A stretch of DNA of 64,000 nucleotides from Monocercomonoides exilis PA203 (Eukaryota; Protista; Preaxostyla), in the NCBI GenBank assembly GCA_001643675.2, contig LSRY02000024.1, forward strand, positions 372,001 to 436,000, in the 5' to 3' direction. Below are positions 24,877 through 36,772 of the stretch, one piece after another. The first letter of the stretch is position 1, and each line of letters opens with the position of its first letter. The notes under the pieces were generated by a model. It had not been told where the DNA came from and did not search any database. It saw nothing but the letters and a program-made list of their open reading frames with translations. The position numbers and the translations under genes are program-made.

Positions 24877-26510
24877 TTAATATTTGCAAAGAAAAAAATT
24901 ACACGAAAAACAATCCAAAACCGTAAAACTTTCAAGCAAAGTCAAAAGTTCGAAAAACTTCAATATTTCAAAATGTTGGCTAAATTTGATAAAAATCAAA
25001 ATACATTTTTTTAATTGAAATATCAATCATGCTTGTTATTTTAATGATTATTCATCTCTTTTTCATACATATTTTTGTGCTTCCTTTGTCCATTTACAAA
25101 AATTGAAAATTTGTGAGAAATACTGACACATTTTGATTATATTTCAATTGAAAGAACACTTATTCACAGAAAATTAGCGAAAGAAGATTATTGTTTTTTT
25201 TAACAAATTTTTTGGAGAATGAAGAATACAGTTTTGGCTCTCTTTTTTCGTGTTAAATTATCACAATAATATTTATTTCTTTCAAAATGAAACAAATGTT
25301 TAGAGTTCTGTTTCGAGATGTTTTTTGAGCTTATTTCAATTCGATATTTTCTAAATTCTCATAAAAATAAAAAACGAACATTTCGAAAAATATTCACAAA
25401 AACTCAAGAATAATGTTTTATTTCCATTGAATTCTGTTAATAAAACAATAATTTTTTTCAAAAAGTTTCCGATTTTAATTGAAAGTTTAATCGACTCTGA
25501 ATAATTTATGGAGTGATAAAAAAATATGAAAATGATCAGTAGGATTCATTTGACTTTGTTGACAAATATCCTCAAAAAAGAAGAGCAATTTCATTTTTAG
25601 AATGGAAACTAATCAAATTGTCATCAAATTTGTTGCGCAATACAAACATAACATTTTTCATTGTGTGTTTAAAAAAAAAATATTTTTCCTTTTAAATCCT
25701 TTTCTTTCATGTGTAACTTTATTTCCTTAAACAAATTTTCGATTTTATTTCAAAAAATAGATATTTCCTTTTTTGTACAACGCATTCTGAAAGTTATTTT
25801 TTTCTCCATCTGATTTGCAGAATTCAAACAATTCCTTTGTCTTACAGATAATTAAGTTGCCTCTTGTCTAATGAACAATCCAACTGGATTCTTTGCTTCC
25901 AACAGTCGCTATTCTCCTCTTCTTTTTCATTGTTGCTGAGCATCTCTTAAATTAGATGACAAAACAAAACTCATTTAAAGCAGATTTTTTCTGTTATTTC
26001 ATATTCTCCATCACAAAAATTCTCAATAGTCATTTATTTTCTTTCTTCCTCTGCTCATTCATCTTCATTCATAACTCGTTCAAAATGATTACACCGATTC
26101 CTTCCAAAACGGAAGTATTTCCAGCCATCATCGAGGAAATGAAAAACTATTCATTGTTTATCAGTATCTCAGTCCAACAAAGAAGACACACAAACTTCCG
26201 CTTCTATTTGCCTCGATAGGCATAACAGTCAGCTTCTGATCTTCTGATCTTCATTCAGCCATTTGCATTCTTAGCTCTTTTGATGAAGATTTACCCATAT
26301 TAGCATTTTTTTGTTCCTCACAAATTGAACCGAACTTTGAATTGTGTCATTTTTTCTGTTTTGTTTTGGAAAGAAAAAATTTCATTAAAAGATATATCAA
26401 CAATTCTCTATGTCCAAATCCATAGGAATAGTTAAAATCACTTGGTATATTCACAGAGAACGGGGCAAAAAGTTTCAATGAAAAAAAAATATAAAACACT
26501 GAAAAATAGA

Positions 26511-26592
26511 GCTTTTGCAGTAGTCGAACCCCCGACCTTTGACCAACGGAATATCAATGGTCGAGGTTGCTACCGCTTGCGCTACTCGAGCC
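26511..26592 (-). ncRNA. tRNA-derived sequence (Pol III A/B boxes), not a canonical tRNA
   Basis: Minus strand reads GGCTCGAG-TAGCGCAAGCGG (A box)...GACCA/TGGTC stem...AGGTC-GGGGGTTCGACT (B box). The acceptor stem does not pair. Confidence 0.6.
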
Positions 26593-26816
26593 AAAGCCCA
26601 GCTTTGGGTCAAAAACGATATGGACATATCATAAGGTTTTGAGAATGTCAAAACATTTTTGTTCTTTCTTTTACGTCGTGATTAATTCAAAACGGTTGTG
26701 GTTTAATCACGACGGGCCGTATCACGGATTTATGAAAATGATGTTTGTTGATCATAATTATTTTTTTCTTTCCATTTCTAAAAATAACGTTTCAAATATT
26801 AACAGCATAAAGATAT

Positions 26817-27084
26817 GGGGGAAAATTTTTCACTTCAGGCATTTTCATTGAAAAATTATGCACTTTCTTTAAACTTTTTGAAATCAAAAAACCCAAAAAA
26901 AATGTATCCATTTTTTGACATTCGAAAAATGTTGGAAAACTTTATGTTTTGATTTCAAAAAGACATGTTTAAGGATATGAAAATCGAAATAATTTTGTAA
27001 TCTGAGAAAGTGAAATAAAGTTATAAGTGAAGCAATTTTTTTGTGTTTTGTGCAATAAAAGCTTGAAAGCCCGTATTTTCCCAC
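26817..27084 (-). mobile_element. MITE family A nested in the 3.6-kb element, ATAT TSD
   Basis: atat|GGGGGAAAAT ... CCGTATTTTCCCAC|atat. Confidence 0.88.
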
Positions 27085-27560
27085 ATATGTTTTATGTTAT
27101 TATGTTTTGTTAAAATATAAATGATCAATAAACTCAACTTTTTTCAGATCTTACGATTTTTTGACATTATCATATTTTTAACTTATAAAGGTGGAAAATA
27201 TTACCAACATCGGAAGTTTCAAGTGATTTTTCTTTTTTTTGAAAGTTTCATTTGGTTTCAAATTATTTATTGTGAGATTTTCACAAATTATTCAAAAACT
27301 TGAGGACATTTTCATATATAACTTTTAATCCAGTTCGTTTTTTGTTATAAACAAATTTAAAAGTTTATCTTTTCATATGAAATACAAATGAATAGTTATG
27401 AAAACTGTTTTTTTGTTATTTTTTATTTATTTTTTGAATAAAGTGTTATTGAGTGTGTAAAAAAGAGACAAGAAGTTTTAACAAGAAATGAGATTTATTA
27501 AAAAATGAGAAAAAGGAATAGTAAAAATCCAATAGACAGAAATGAGAAATTAAAAAGCTT

Positions 27561-28334
27561 TTATCTTGAATTGTTCGAGTTCAAAAGAAATTCCAAAGTG
27601 GTTTCATTGTGTCTGCGTTGGGCTGTTCCGATTTCTTTTAGATTCTTTGCAAACTTTGTTGATCGCTGAATGATACATAAGCAATCCTTGTCCAGTATTT
27701 GCTGCTTTTCCGCTTGAGTGGATGAAATCGATGGAGTTTTATTTAAAAAATGATGGTAGGAGATTTTATTCTTGACATTAGGTTGTTTTTTGCTTGAAGA
27801 GTTGGCAATCCTCGGAGATTCAGATGATTTTTGTTTTTCCTGAGTTGAAAGAGAAGAATTGGAGATCGGTGCAATTTCTTGAGAAGCAGACATTGCTGAA
27901 AATGTAATTAAAAAAGGTTGCGAAGATGATAAAAGAGATGAACTATCAGAAATTGTTTCTTCCCTCATATTTGGTTCTGTGGAAAATTGGAAGGATGAAG
28001 ATGAAGTCGGAATTGTGATATTTGATACGATGATTGATGATTGAGGTTGTGGAGAACTTACGATGATCGATTGTTCTGTTGCTGAACTTGTAACTTCTGT
28101 TGAAGTTGACAATAAGTTTTGTTTCGTTGGTATTCCAACAGAAGATGAAGATGATAAAGATGAAAAAGCTGAAGTCAAAAATGAAGAATTATATGTCGAA
28201 AAAAGTTGTTTGGCAGACTTCCATTGATTCGGAAGCAGCCATTTAAAAGAAAAATCGATATCATCGGAAACAAAACCTTCATCACTTTCAGAAATCGACG
28301 AAATTCGAGTATCTTCATTCATTGTTGTTACCAC
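27561..28334 (-). CDS. Ser-rich low-complexity ORF inside the transposon (second ORF or spliced C-terminal extension of the transposase)
   Basis: 257-aa ORF on the same strand, downstream of the transposase, after an AT-rich intron-like gap (~28405-28480). Confidence 0.45.
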   Translation of the reverse strand: MVTTMNEDTRISSISESDEGFVSDDIDFSFKWLLPNQWKSAKQLFSTYNSSFLTSAFSSLSSSSSVGIPTKQNLLSTSTEVTSSATEQSIIVSSPQPQSSIIVSNITIPTSSSSFQFSTEPNMREETISDSSSLLSSSQPFLITFSAMSASQEIAPISNSSLSTQEKQKSSESPRIANSSSKKQPNVKNKISYHHFLNKTPSISSTQAEKQQILDKDCLCIIQRSTKFAKNLKEIGTAQRRHNETTLEFLLNSNNSR

Positions 28335-28452
28335 TTTCTGATCTCCGCTGCATTTACCTTTTTTCTCTTTGATCTGTGTTTGTGGTTCAGTAGTTGCATC
28401 AGCTGAATAAAAAAATTAATATGGTATATGAAAAAAATAAAAGTTTAATTGT

Positions 28453-29598
28453 TTATATAAATAAAGTCAATATGGGTAAAATATGAAAATTCAAACTATC
28501 TTCAAGTGCATGCAAAGATGTTACACTTGAAGTTGGAGTTGAACTTGGGTTCAATCGATTAAGTAGTCTGGCTCTGTATTTTTCATTGGCAAGTTCCTTT
28601 TTCTGTCTTTTTGCCTCAACTTTTGTAATTAGATCAGAGAGGAAAAGTTGATTGGCCTCAAAATCTTCCTCCGACAATGGGTTTTGCAATATGTGATAAT
28701 TTGTTTAACAGCACGCAACGTAAAAGTATTCAGCAATTGAAGAAATTTTTTTAGGGCCAAGGTCGACGAAATATTGTGAATAATGTTTTCAAACGACCAA
28801 AAAAGCGTTCGACGATTACTCTATGCGCTGCAAGCTCAAGTGTCCCAACAGGTTTGGTTATTATTGCTCTAAATTCACTTTTAGCACCAATATAAGCCGA
28901 ATCTGTCATGATTTTTCCTCCATCCAAACGTGCTGCGAACTGAGAGTAATGCTCACGAAACACGACATAGTAGTGAACTGCTCCGCCATGGACCTTGCTG
29001 ACTGTACTAGCAGTTCCTGTTTTTGGATTCACTCCCACTTCAACTTTTACACAATAAATTTTGTGCTTTCCACTGAAACAATCGCTTCCACAATTAAATT
29101 CTTTTCCTGTTTTGTTTACCAGTAAAACTGTACAGTCCAAAACAAGTGCCACCTCCTCCATTCCACGAATTCTGTCAGGTCAAACGTGAGAAACACATCA
29201 GATAAAGAGACTTTGATGGATTGCAAGATCGAATGAATTAGTCTAAGAGTTGCATCTTGCGTTTTAAGAAAAGGTGATGTGATGAGATGAGAAACTGTTG
29301 GTGATCCAAAATGAAAAAAATTTAATAACAAGAATAACTGATCGTCCAACTTTTCAATAACTCTGCGTTTACCCAGATGATGGTATATCTCAGGTTGAAC
29401 AAGACGAACAAGAAGATCAAACTCACTCTTTGTGAAACCAGTCATTCTGAAAAGGCCCAAATCTTTGTTTGTGAATTTGGACAATGCGTTTTCAATCAAT
29501 GACAGTTTCTTTTCTTCCTCTTTTTGATGAGTAATTTTCGGAAGAACATTTCTTTCTTCAACATGAGTAAAAATTTCCAAAAAATTAGATTGACTCAT
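28453..29598 (-). pseudogene. DDE_Tnp_4 (Harbinger/ISL2EU/IS5-like) transposase, frameshifted
   Basis: FRMTGFTKSEF and DQLFLLL (HTH); LVLDCT, FSGKHKIYCVKVEV, TDSAYIG, HRVIVERFFGRLK; then ACC*TNYHILQNPL. Confidence 0.88.
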
Positions 29599-30404
29599 TT
29601 TCAGAATAAGATATAAAGAATTGATCGAATGAATCCATTATTTGGAAATTTTTTGTGATCCCCTTGTCCCACTTTATATATAATTCATCGTGAATGAATC
29701 AAAACGTTTTATCTTTGACTTTTTTGTTTTAGCACTTGATAAAAAGAGGTTGATGAAAACAATTACAATTGACAATAACACAACGTTTAAGTTCTTTTTC
29801 TTTCTTATGACTCAACTTAAACCTAGCGAAACCCTAACCCTCAAAATCCAAAAAAGATCTAATTTTTTGAGTGATCACCCAAAAAAGAAGAGCGTGAACA
29901 TAACACAAAACCAAAGATCTGTTACGCTAACCCTTTAACCAAAACCAATCTATTAATATAGTGATTATTTTGGAATTTTAACCCTAAAAACAAGAAAAAA
30001 TACTGGGTCAGAATAAATCTGCCCCGTTCTCTGTGAATATGCCAATGACTTCACTTTATTTTTTCGATTTTTATTGCATTGATAACAAATCTCACAATAA
30101 CATATTTTATTAACGATTTCTTGATCAAAATTAAAAAATATGAAAAAATGATCCGAAATAAACAATTTGTTGTGTTTGCAAAATATTCTTTCAAATAATT
30201 AATAAAACTTTAATCTTTCGGAAGTTAGCAGAACACAAACAGGAACAACTCCAGGATTTTAAAGACTTCGACGTTTGTGGATTAACAGTAACGAACTTAT
30301 ATCAGTTGAGCAATGCCCTTCCAGAATATGAGTTGCAGTATTTACCTTATTTCAAAGTTAATTCATTTTCTAATAAATTTGAAGTTTGAGAGAGTACATA
30401 TGTA

Positions 30405-30672
30405 TAACTGTCTCCCTTTTGCAATTCTGCATTTCAATTATTAATTTTATAATGTTTGAAAAGCAAAAATTATTTAAAAACTTTAGTATGGACCGATTTT
30501 TCGCAAAAATTTTTGTTTCTCGTGAAAAAACTTTTTTTAAAAATGACCCATAAATATGAGTATTTTTTCAAAAAATAAATAATACTTGATAATTTTGAAA
30601 CAAAAAGTAGATGAAATGTTATTAATTGTAATATTGTTCAATTTTAATAATAAAAATTTGATTAATAAAACA

Positions 30673-30724
<52 letters not shown>

Positions 30725-31246
30725 AATTTAAAAATTTGAATAATTTGATCAATCCCACAATCATATTTTTAATAACCAAAATATTAAAATTTGCTTTCTT
30801 TCGCCAAGAATTGAACCCACGTTTGAGATCATATTACAAATCATATACATAAATATAGTTTTAAAGTGTGTGATGAATAATTATCAATAAATCATTCTAT
30901 CCTTAATGAATTTTGATTAAGATTTTTTTGGATGATTATTTGCATGAAGCAGGAGGACATACGCATAAATCCATGGTGATCATGAAAAAGAAGCATTGAA
31001 AAAACGTGTGTATGCGTTCTTTTCAATGATTAACTATATTTTTTCAAATTTTTTGACATTTCTCAATTAACATTGTATATTTTTTCCTGATATAAGAAGA
31101 ATACTGAAGACAAAGCATAATTGAGTGAAAAAGATGCATAAAAAGCACAGGGAGAGGATGAGATGATTATTTTGGAATAAAAAAACGAAGCAAATTTGAT
31201 TACACATTTTTGAGGATGAATTCCAGAACGAACAATGAAATAAGGC
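30405..31246 (+). repeat. Left arm of ~840-bp near-identical inverted repeat
   Basis: Reverse complement of 42093..42936. The differences seen are mainly in poly(A) length. Confidence 0.92.
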
Positions 31247-31289
31247 AGAATTATTTTTTTTATAGAATGTTTCAACATCACATCAGTGT

Positions 31290-34200
31290 TTTGTGAAGTA
31301 TAATTTAAATATGATTTTCAAGAATGCCATTACGATATTTTGAATGAAACAACTGAAGAAGATTCTTGCAATTAAACATATGATGCGGATCTGATTGGAT
31401 TTATCATGATTCATCGAAGTGATGCAATAATTGTAAGTTGTTTGAACGGTTCAAACGAAAAATTGCGTGGAGCGAACATTTTTCCATGTTATTAAATTGA
31501 GCATAGTCTTGTTCATCTGACTTCAGATTTCATTAGTTAAATGTTCATTGTTGAGGAGAGTGTGAATGAAGAAGAGATTAATCTGGAGGAGATTAGTTTG
31601 AGCTGGAAGAGCAGAGAAATGAGCGAAGTTGAAGTGAAATCAGAGAATGAAAAAAGAAAGGATGCATTGGTGATAACAACTGGAACGGTCTCATTATTGA
31701 GAGTGAATTTCGTGTTTGATTCAAATTTCATTTCTTCACATGAATCACTGATATCTCCCGAAGGAGGGATTCTTGAAGTGATGAATTGTTCATTCACAAC
31801 AAAACTCTCAAGTGAAGAAGAAAATGCAGAATTTGCAAGCTTTCCATTTTTCATTTTTTATATGGAAAAAGGAGAATTACAACATGATGGATTTTCTTTG
31901 TCATATCTCATTCTTCATGAATCAGCATTATATCTTTCATCACCACTTCCATCTGTTATTGATTCATTAACGATTTGCAATTCAACAATAAAAACTTCTC
32001 TATTTGATATTAATGAATGTGGACAATTGAGCACGGAGAAGTTTCATACTAAAAATATCACTGTTGAAGGAAATGAAGAATCATTGATATCTTGCCTGTC
32101 AATGAAAAAGGCAATTCAGTTGACAAATTGCACAATGGGCGGAATTAGTTCAAAGACCACAAAAGGAAAATTAATGAAACTTGAGGATTGTTCAGATGTG
32201 AAAAATACAGGGTTGCATTTTCGATGGGAGTTCAAAGGAAAGAAATGAGCAGAATTTGAATGAAGAAGAAAAAGAGATGTGCAGATGGGATGGATCTCTG
32301 GTGGATGTTGTGAAAAGTTCTGTGACGATGAAAGACACAACAATGTCATATTTTACAAAATGGTGGAATAACAATAAGTGGAGGAAATGTGATTATTGAG
32401 ATGGGATCATTTGAGAATAATAATCCATCAATTGAAGGATATCCATCACTGAAAAGAAACATCATTTGTTCAGATTCCGGAACATTGAATGTGATGAGTT
32501 TGAAAGGAGGAGATGTGGTTTTACCAAATACATAACTTTGGATTCTGAATGAAGGATGCAATTTAGAAGGGATTGTTTCAGAAAGTGATTCATCATTCTT
32601 CATACATGTTCTGGAGAGTGTGGAAGCGAAAGAAGAAGCAAACAGAATGAAGCTGACATTCAAAGGAATGCTTCTTGTTTCATGCAATCTGTCATTTTCA
32701 GTTGTGAAGAGGAAGGGAGAGGAGAAAGAGATTGAACATTAAGATTTTGATTCAAATGGGTTTTTGTCGGAGAAAGAAGCAGAAGGAAGCGCGGCAAAAG
32801 ATCTCATCAGCAGTTGTGGAAATGATGTTGAAATGAGTGTGTATATTTTATTTGGGAACGCAGAGTCTTCTTCATCAGCAAATTCATTCATTCTGAAGAA
32901 TGCAAGTGAAATTGAACGAAAAGTGGATGAAAGAATTGTTGAAGGAGGAAAAAAAGGGAAATCGAAATGGCCAATTATTGTGATTGTGCTTGTTGTTATT
33001 CTGATGACAGTTCTTATCGTTGCAATTGCATTTATTTTTCGATGGAGGAAATCAAAGAGAAGAACTAAAGAACTTGAAGAGATTGTGGAAGACAATATCA
33101 AAAAGGATCCAAAGCTGATTGAGATGGTGACGATGGAGATGTCGTCTGACGAGCAGTGGAGGAGGGCAGAGAAAGAGGCAGGGAAGAAAAATGATGAGAG
33201 AATGAAGAAGAGAATATATGAAACGAATATGCAACATTCTGAGTCTTCAGAGCATTTGTTGTCTGAATGTGACTCCACTGAATATATATTGGGAAGAGAT
33301 TCAGACAAGATTTCCCAATGGATGCTTGAGAAAGTGGATGAAGAGGAGGAGACGAGAAAGAGAACACCATCTCCATCGGTCACATCCACTTCAACAACAG
33401 ACTCAGATTCAACTTTTGTTCGCGGGGAGGATCTGTGCCCAACCACCTCGTCCATGTCCAATCTGGTGGATGCCATGGCCTGTTCATCGCCTCATGAGAA
33501 ATTGATTGTGGATCTGAGGGATTCATTGTTCATGCTGCTTCATGGAAGGAACGAGAAGAAGCAGATGGCGATAGGCACTCTGAAGGAAAGAGAGCAGACA
33601 ACTGCCCAAATCCTGTTCTGGGTGGCCAATCTTGCACTTCACTCCTTTGATGAAATGGAAAATCCTCTTTCTTCTCTTGCCAATCTGAGTCCTCACGTTG
33701 TATTGTTCTCAGAACATATGGTCATCTGCATTGTTATGCATTCAGACTTCTCTTCTGATGATACAGATTCATCATCCATCTCTTCGTCAACTGCTGTGAC
33801 GTCCGCAAGTGATAATGATGATGATGAAAGTGACTCTCTTCCTTCATCAGCATTTGAGGATGAGGATAGCTTCAAAAAAGAGTGCCTGAGGTGGAAGGCA
33901 CCTGAGCTGCTGATCAACAAGAAGATGGGAGCAGCAAAGGAGTCAGTCTCGTTCTCGATTGGGATGATGCTGTGTGAGTGCCTGACGCTGCAGATCCCGT
34001 TTGGAGAGAATGAGGCAGAGGTGGCAGGACAGAAGATTGTGAATCGAGAGATATCGAATGTGAAAAAAGTTGAATGGTTTCGACTGAAAGGAATGGTGGA
34101 AAAAAGTGTTCTGGTTCAGATGCCAGACAGTGTGTTATTTTCAGAAATGAAAAGAGAATTTATTTGGTAATTACGTGCGAAGGCAGCAATGCTGATAGTG

Positions 34201-34300
34201 TCAAATGAGATGTGCTTTTCAGGTAGAAACAGTGAGGCGAGATATGAAAACTGTGTTCGAAGAAGCAGCAGAACAGTGGAGTGTGGTCTGAGAGATGAGC
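31290..34300 (+). pseudogene. Large type-I membrane protein with C-terminal pseudokinase (expanded oxymonad-type family), disrupted
   Basis: Beta-rich ectodomain fragments (31541..32248). TM segment WPIIVIVLVVILMTVLIVAIAFIF followed by RWRKSKRR. Kinase C-lobe motifs LRWKAPELL and FSIGMMLCECLTLQIPFGE, with no HRD or DFG. Stops and frameshifts upstream of 32764. Confidence 0.8.
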
Positions 34301-34392
34301 ACAAGACATTATTGTTGTTGGCAATGGGAACAGCACAAACAACAAAAGCGATAGAAATTGAAGACAATTTAGAAATAAATGAATTTGTGTGT

Positions 34393-34632
34393 GGGTGATT
34401 CTTTTTGAAAAGTCACAAATGCATAATTTTCTAATACTTCAAAAATTTCATATTTTGCTAAATATTTTGTTAACAAATATCAAACTTCACTTAAATGGAA
34501 TCAACAACTTGATAATGCTATTTCATTCATTCTTAAGTAGATTCGTGAGTGTGAACAGAAATTTGAGCAAAATATGAAATTTTTGAAGTATTTGAAAATT
34601 TAACATTTGTGACTTTTCAAAAAGAATCACCC
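34393..34632. mobile_element. MITE, ~28-bp TIR plus longer imperfect arms
   Basis: GGGTGATTCTTTTTGAAAAGTCACAAATG ... CATTTGTGACTTTTCAAAAAGAATCACCC; flanks gtgt/atgt. Confidence 0.9.
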
Positions 34633-35019
34633 ATGTGTGTAAACATTTATTCATGAATAGTTGCATGTTAATATATACTTCAAATTTAATTAAAAGGAAA
34701 TAAAGTTTATTTTTGTTTTGAATTTAAAAAATTGTTGAATTGGACAAACTCTTGATTTATGAATATATTGAAAAATCTAATTAATTCAATGTTTGAATTG
34801 CACACATTTTTGTTTTTTTGAAATGTTGTTTTGTGTTGAAACTGCTTAACAAATTGTGCTAATTATTTTGAAAAGCAGGTTTTATTTTCATTCATCCAAA
34901 ATTCAAATTTCAAAATTCATCAACAAACATTAGCTTTTGATTCTCAAAATAAGCCATTATAATTAATTAACTTTTCAAAATTTTGATCATTTTCAAAATT
35001 ATTCTATCAAACACATGGT

Positions 35020-35916
35020 TGAGAACGAATTAATAGATAAAGAACTAACTTTCAGTGAGTTTTTGAAGCGATCAAACAACAAAAATCAGTTGGCTATTGA
35101 ATTGCTGTCCAAATTTGTTATAATTAAAAAAATCGAATGTGCTGGAAGTGCGAAAAACTGATGGAATCAAGGACCCAAAAAAAAGATGGTGATTACGATA
35201 TTTACAAATGTTCAAAATGCGGAAAAAACTACAGCTGGAATCAAAACTCAATTTTAATGGAATTTCATCTTTCACCATTCAAACAAACATCAATGTTGTA
35301 ACATTTTTGGAACACATACCCAATAAAGGAATTCACTTTTGAAACAAAAATTTCAAACAAAACTGTATTGAAATTATTTGAAAAGAAAAGAAGAATATGT
35401 TATTATTTTGAAACATTCGAAATGGAAAAAATAGGAAAAGATCGAATAGTGGAAATTGATGAAACTTTTATTCATAAAAGAAAGAACTGCGCTGGGAGAT
35501 GCAGAGAACAGCAATGGTATTGGGGGGTTGTTGAGAGAAAAGAAATTGGAAAGCCACAAAAATTGTTAGTCGAATTTCTTCCAGATCGAAAAGCAGATAC
35601 AATATTGTATTTTGTGAAAAAGAACATTGAAAGATCTTCAACTATAATGTCTGATAAATGGTCAGCATATAACTGCATTAGTGAAAACGGCTTCACCATT
35701 GACAGTGTTAATCATTCTCTCAATTTTGTTAAGCCTGAAAATCCTAAAGTTTACACTCAAACAATCGAAAGTGTGTGGTCTCATCTGAAAAACCACATTC
35801 CAAAAAGAGGAAGAACGTTCATTCAGACAAAAGAATATTGTTATGAATTTCAATATCGGTTCAACAACAGACTCATACTGACAGCATATATTAAGGAACT
35901 TTCAAAAATCAGTTAG
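35020..35916 (+). pseudogene. Merlin (ISXO2-like) transposase; catalytic domain intact (35368..35916), N-terminus disrupted
   Basis: IVEIDETFIHKRK, WYWGVVER, IMSDKWSAY, SVNHSLNFVKP, TQTIESVWSHLK, EFQYRFN. Confidence 0.9.
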
Positions 35917-36532
35917 AAAAATTTGGATGTTTTTTGAGAGCTTACAGCAAAAGCGTTGCAAGTTAAAAAAGCATTCATTTGAAAGGGAGGAAATTCATAT
36001 TGTCTTCTTATTTATAAAAAAAAAGAGGAATTGAGAAAAAGAAACAACTATGAAATGTGTGATGAAAATGAACTTGATGAAATGTTAAAGAAAAAAAGAT
36101 TATCGAAGAAATTGAATGAAACAAATAAAACTGAATTCATAAAAAAAAAAAAAAAAAAGAAGGATTGATGACAAAGAAGAGAAAGAAGAGAAAGAAACAT
36201 TAACAAAAGTTGAAACTGAAGATGAAATATTCTCATCTGACATGGATAGCAAAACTCCAAGAATGAAGAAAAAGAAAAGACACAGATCATATGACGGAAG
36301 ATTTCTGAAAGACAACGATAGCCAACAGTTAAAAACGTTGGAGTTTGAAACCCTTTAGTTTTGCGAAAAAAGAGAGAGAGAAATAGAAGAAATGGAGAAA
36401 AAAGAAAAAGAAAAAACAAATACAATTCTCAATCGAAAAATGTTCAGAAGCTTAATAAAATCAACAAATATTGGAACAGAACAGTCGCCAATAAATATAT
36501 AAAATTTTATTTCTCATTACTATTTATCACAT

Positions 36533-36772
36533 GTCTAAATTTTTTTGAAAAGTTCCTTTTGCTTAATTTTCAAATAAAATAAAAATTTCATATTTTGTTA
36601 AAATTTCTGTTCCCTCTCACCAAATTTCGCTGTCATGAAAACAAAATCTTGGTAATGAAATTAATTCCATTTTAGTGAAGTATTGTCAGTGGGAACAGAA
36701 ATTCGATCGAAATATGATATTTTTGTCTTATTTGAAAATTAAACAAAATGAACTTTTCAAAAAAATTTGGAC
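36533..36772. mobile_element. Foldback MITE, ACAT TSD
   Basis: acat|GTCTAAATTTTTTTGAAAAGTTC ... GAACTTTTCAAAAAAATTTGGAC|acat. Same family as 286..539. Confidence 0.88.

Larger units (their letters stand above)
26444..30043 (-). mobile_element. 3.6-kb TIR DNA transposon with Harbinger/ISL2EU-type transposase, 24-bp TIR and 8-bp TSD
   Basis: TIRs GGTATATTCACAGAGAACGGGGCA and TGCCCCGTTCTCTGTGAATATGCC (1 mismatch). Flanks AATCACTT / AATGACTT. Confidence 0.85.

Noticed and set aside
25800-26330. Further decayed member of the 43873..45305 family
   Set aside because: Only vague compositional similarity, too weak to call without alignment.
26511-26592. Functional tRNA gene
   Set aside because: Acceptor and T stems do not pair and no anticodon can be assigned. 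Kept only as tRNA-derived.
26444-30043. Fanzor/TnpB with omega-RNA, suggested by structured sequence at the element's 3' end
   Set aside because: No RuvC (DPG, E, RD.NA) or zinc-finger motifs in any frame I could read. The extra ORF is Ser-rich low complexity.
34385-34640. 8-bp (Merlin-type) TSD ttgtgtgt/atgtgtgt for this MITE
   Set aside because: The flank is a GT dinucleotide run, and the same-TIR copy at 15846 shows only a 4-bp duplication.
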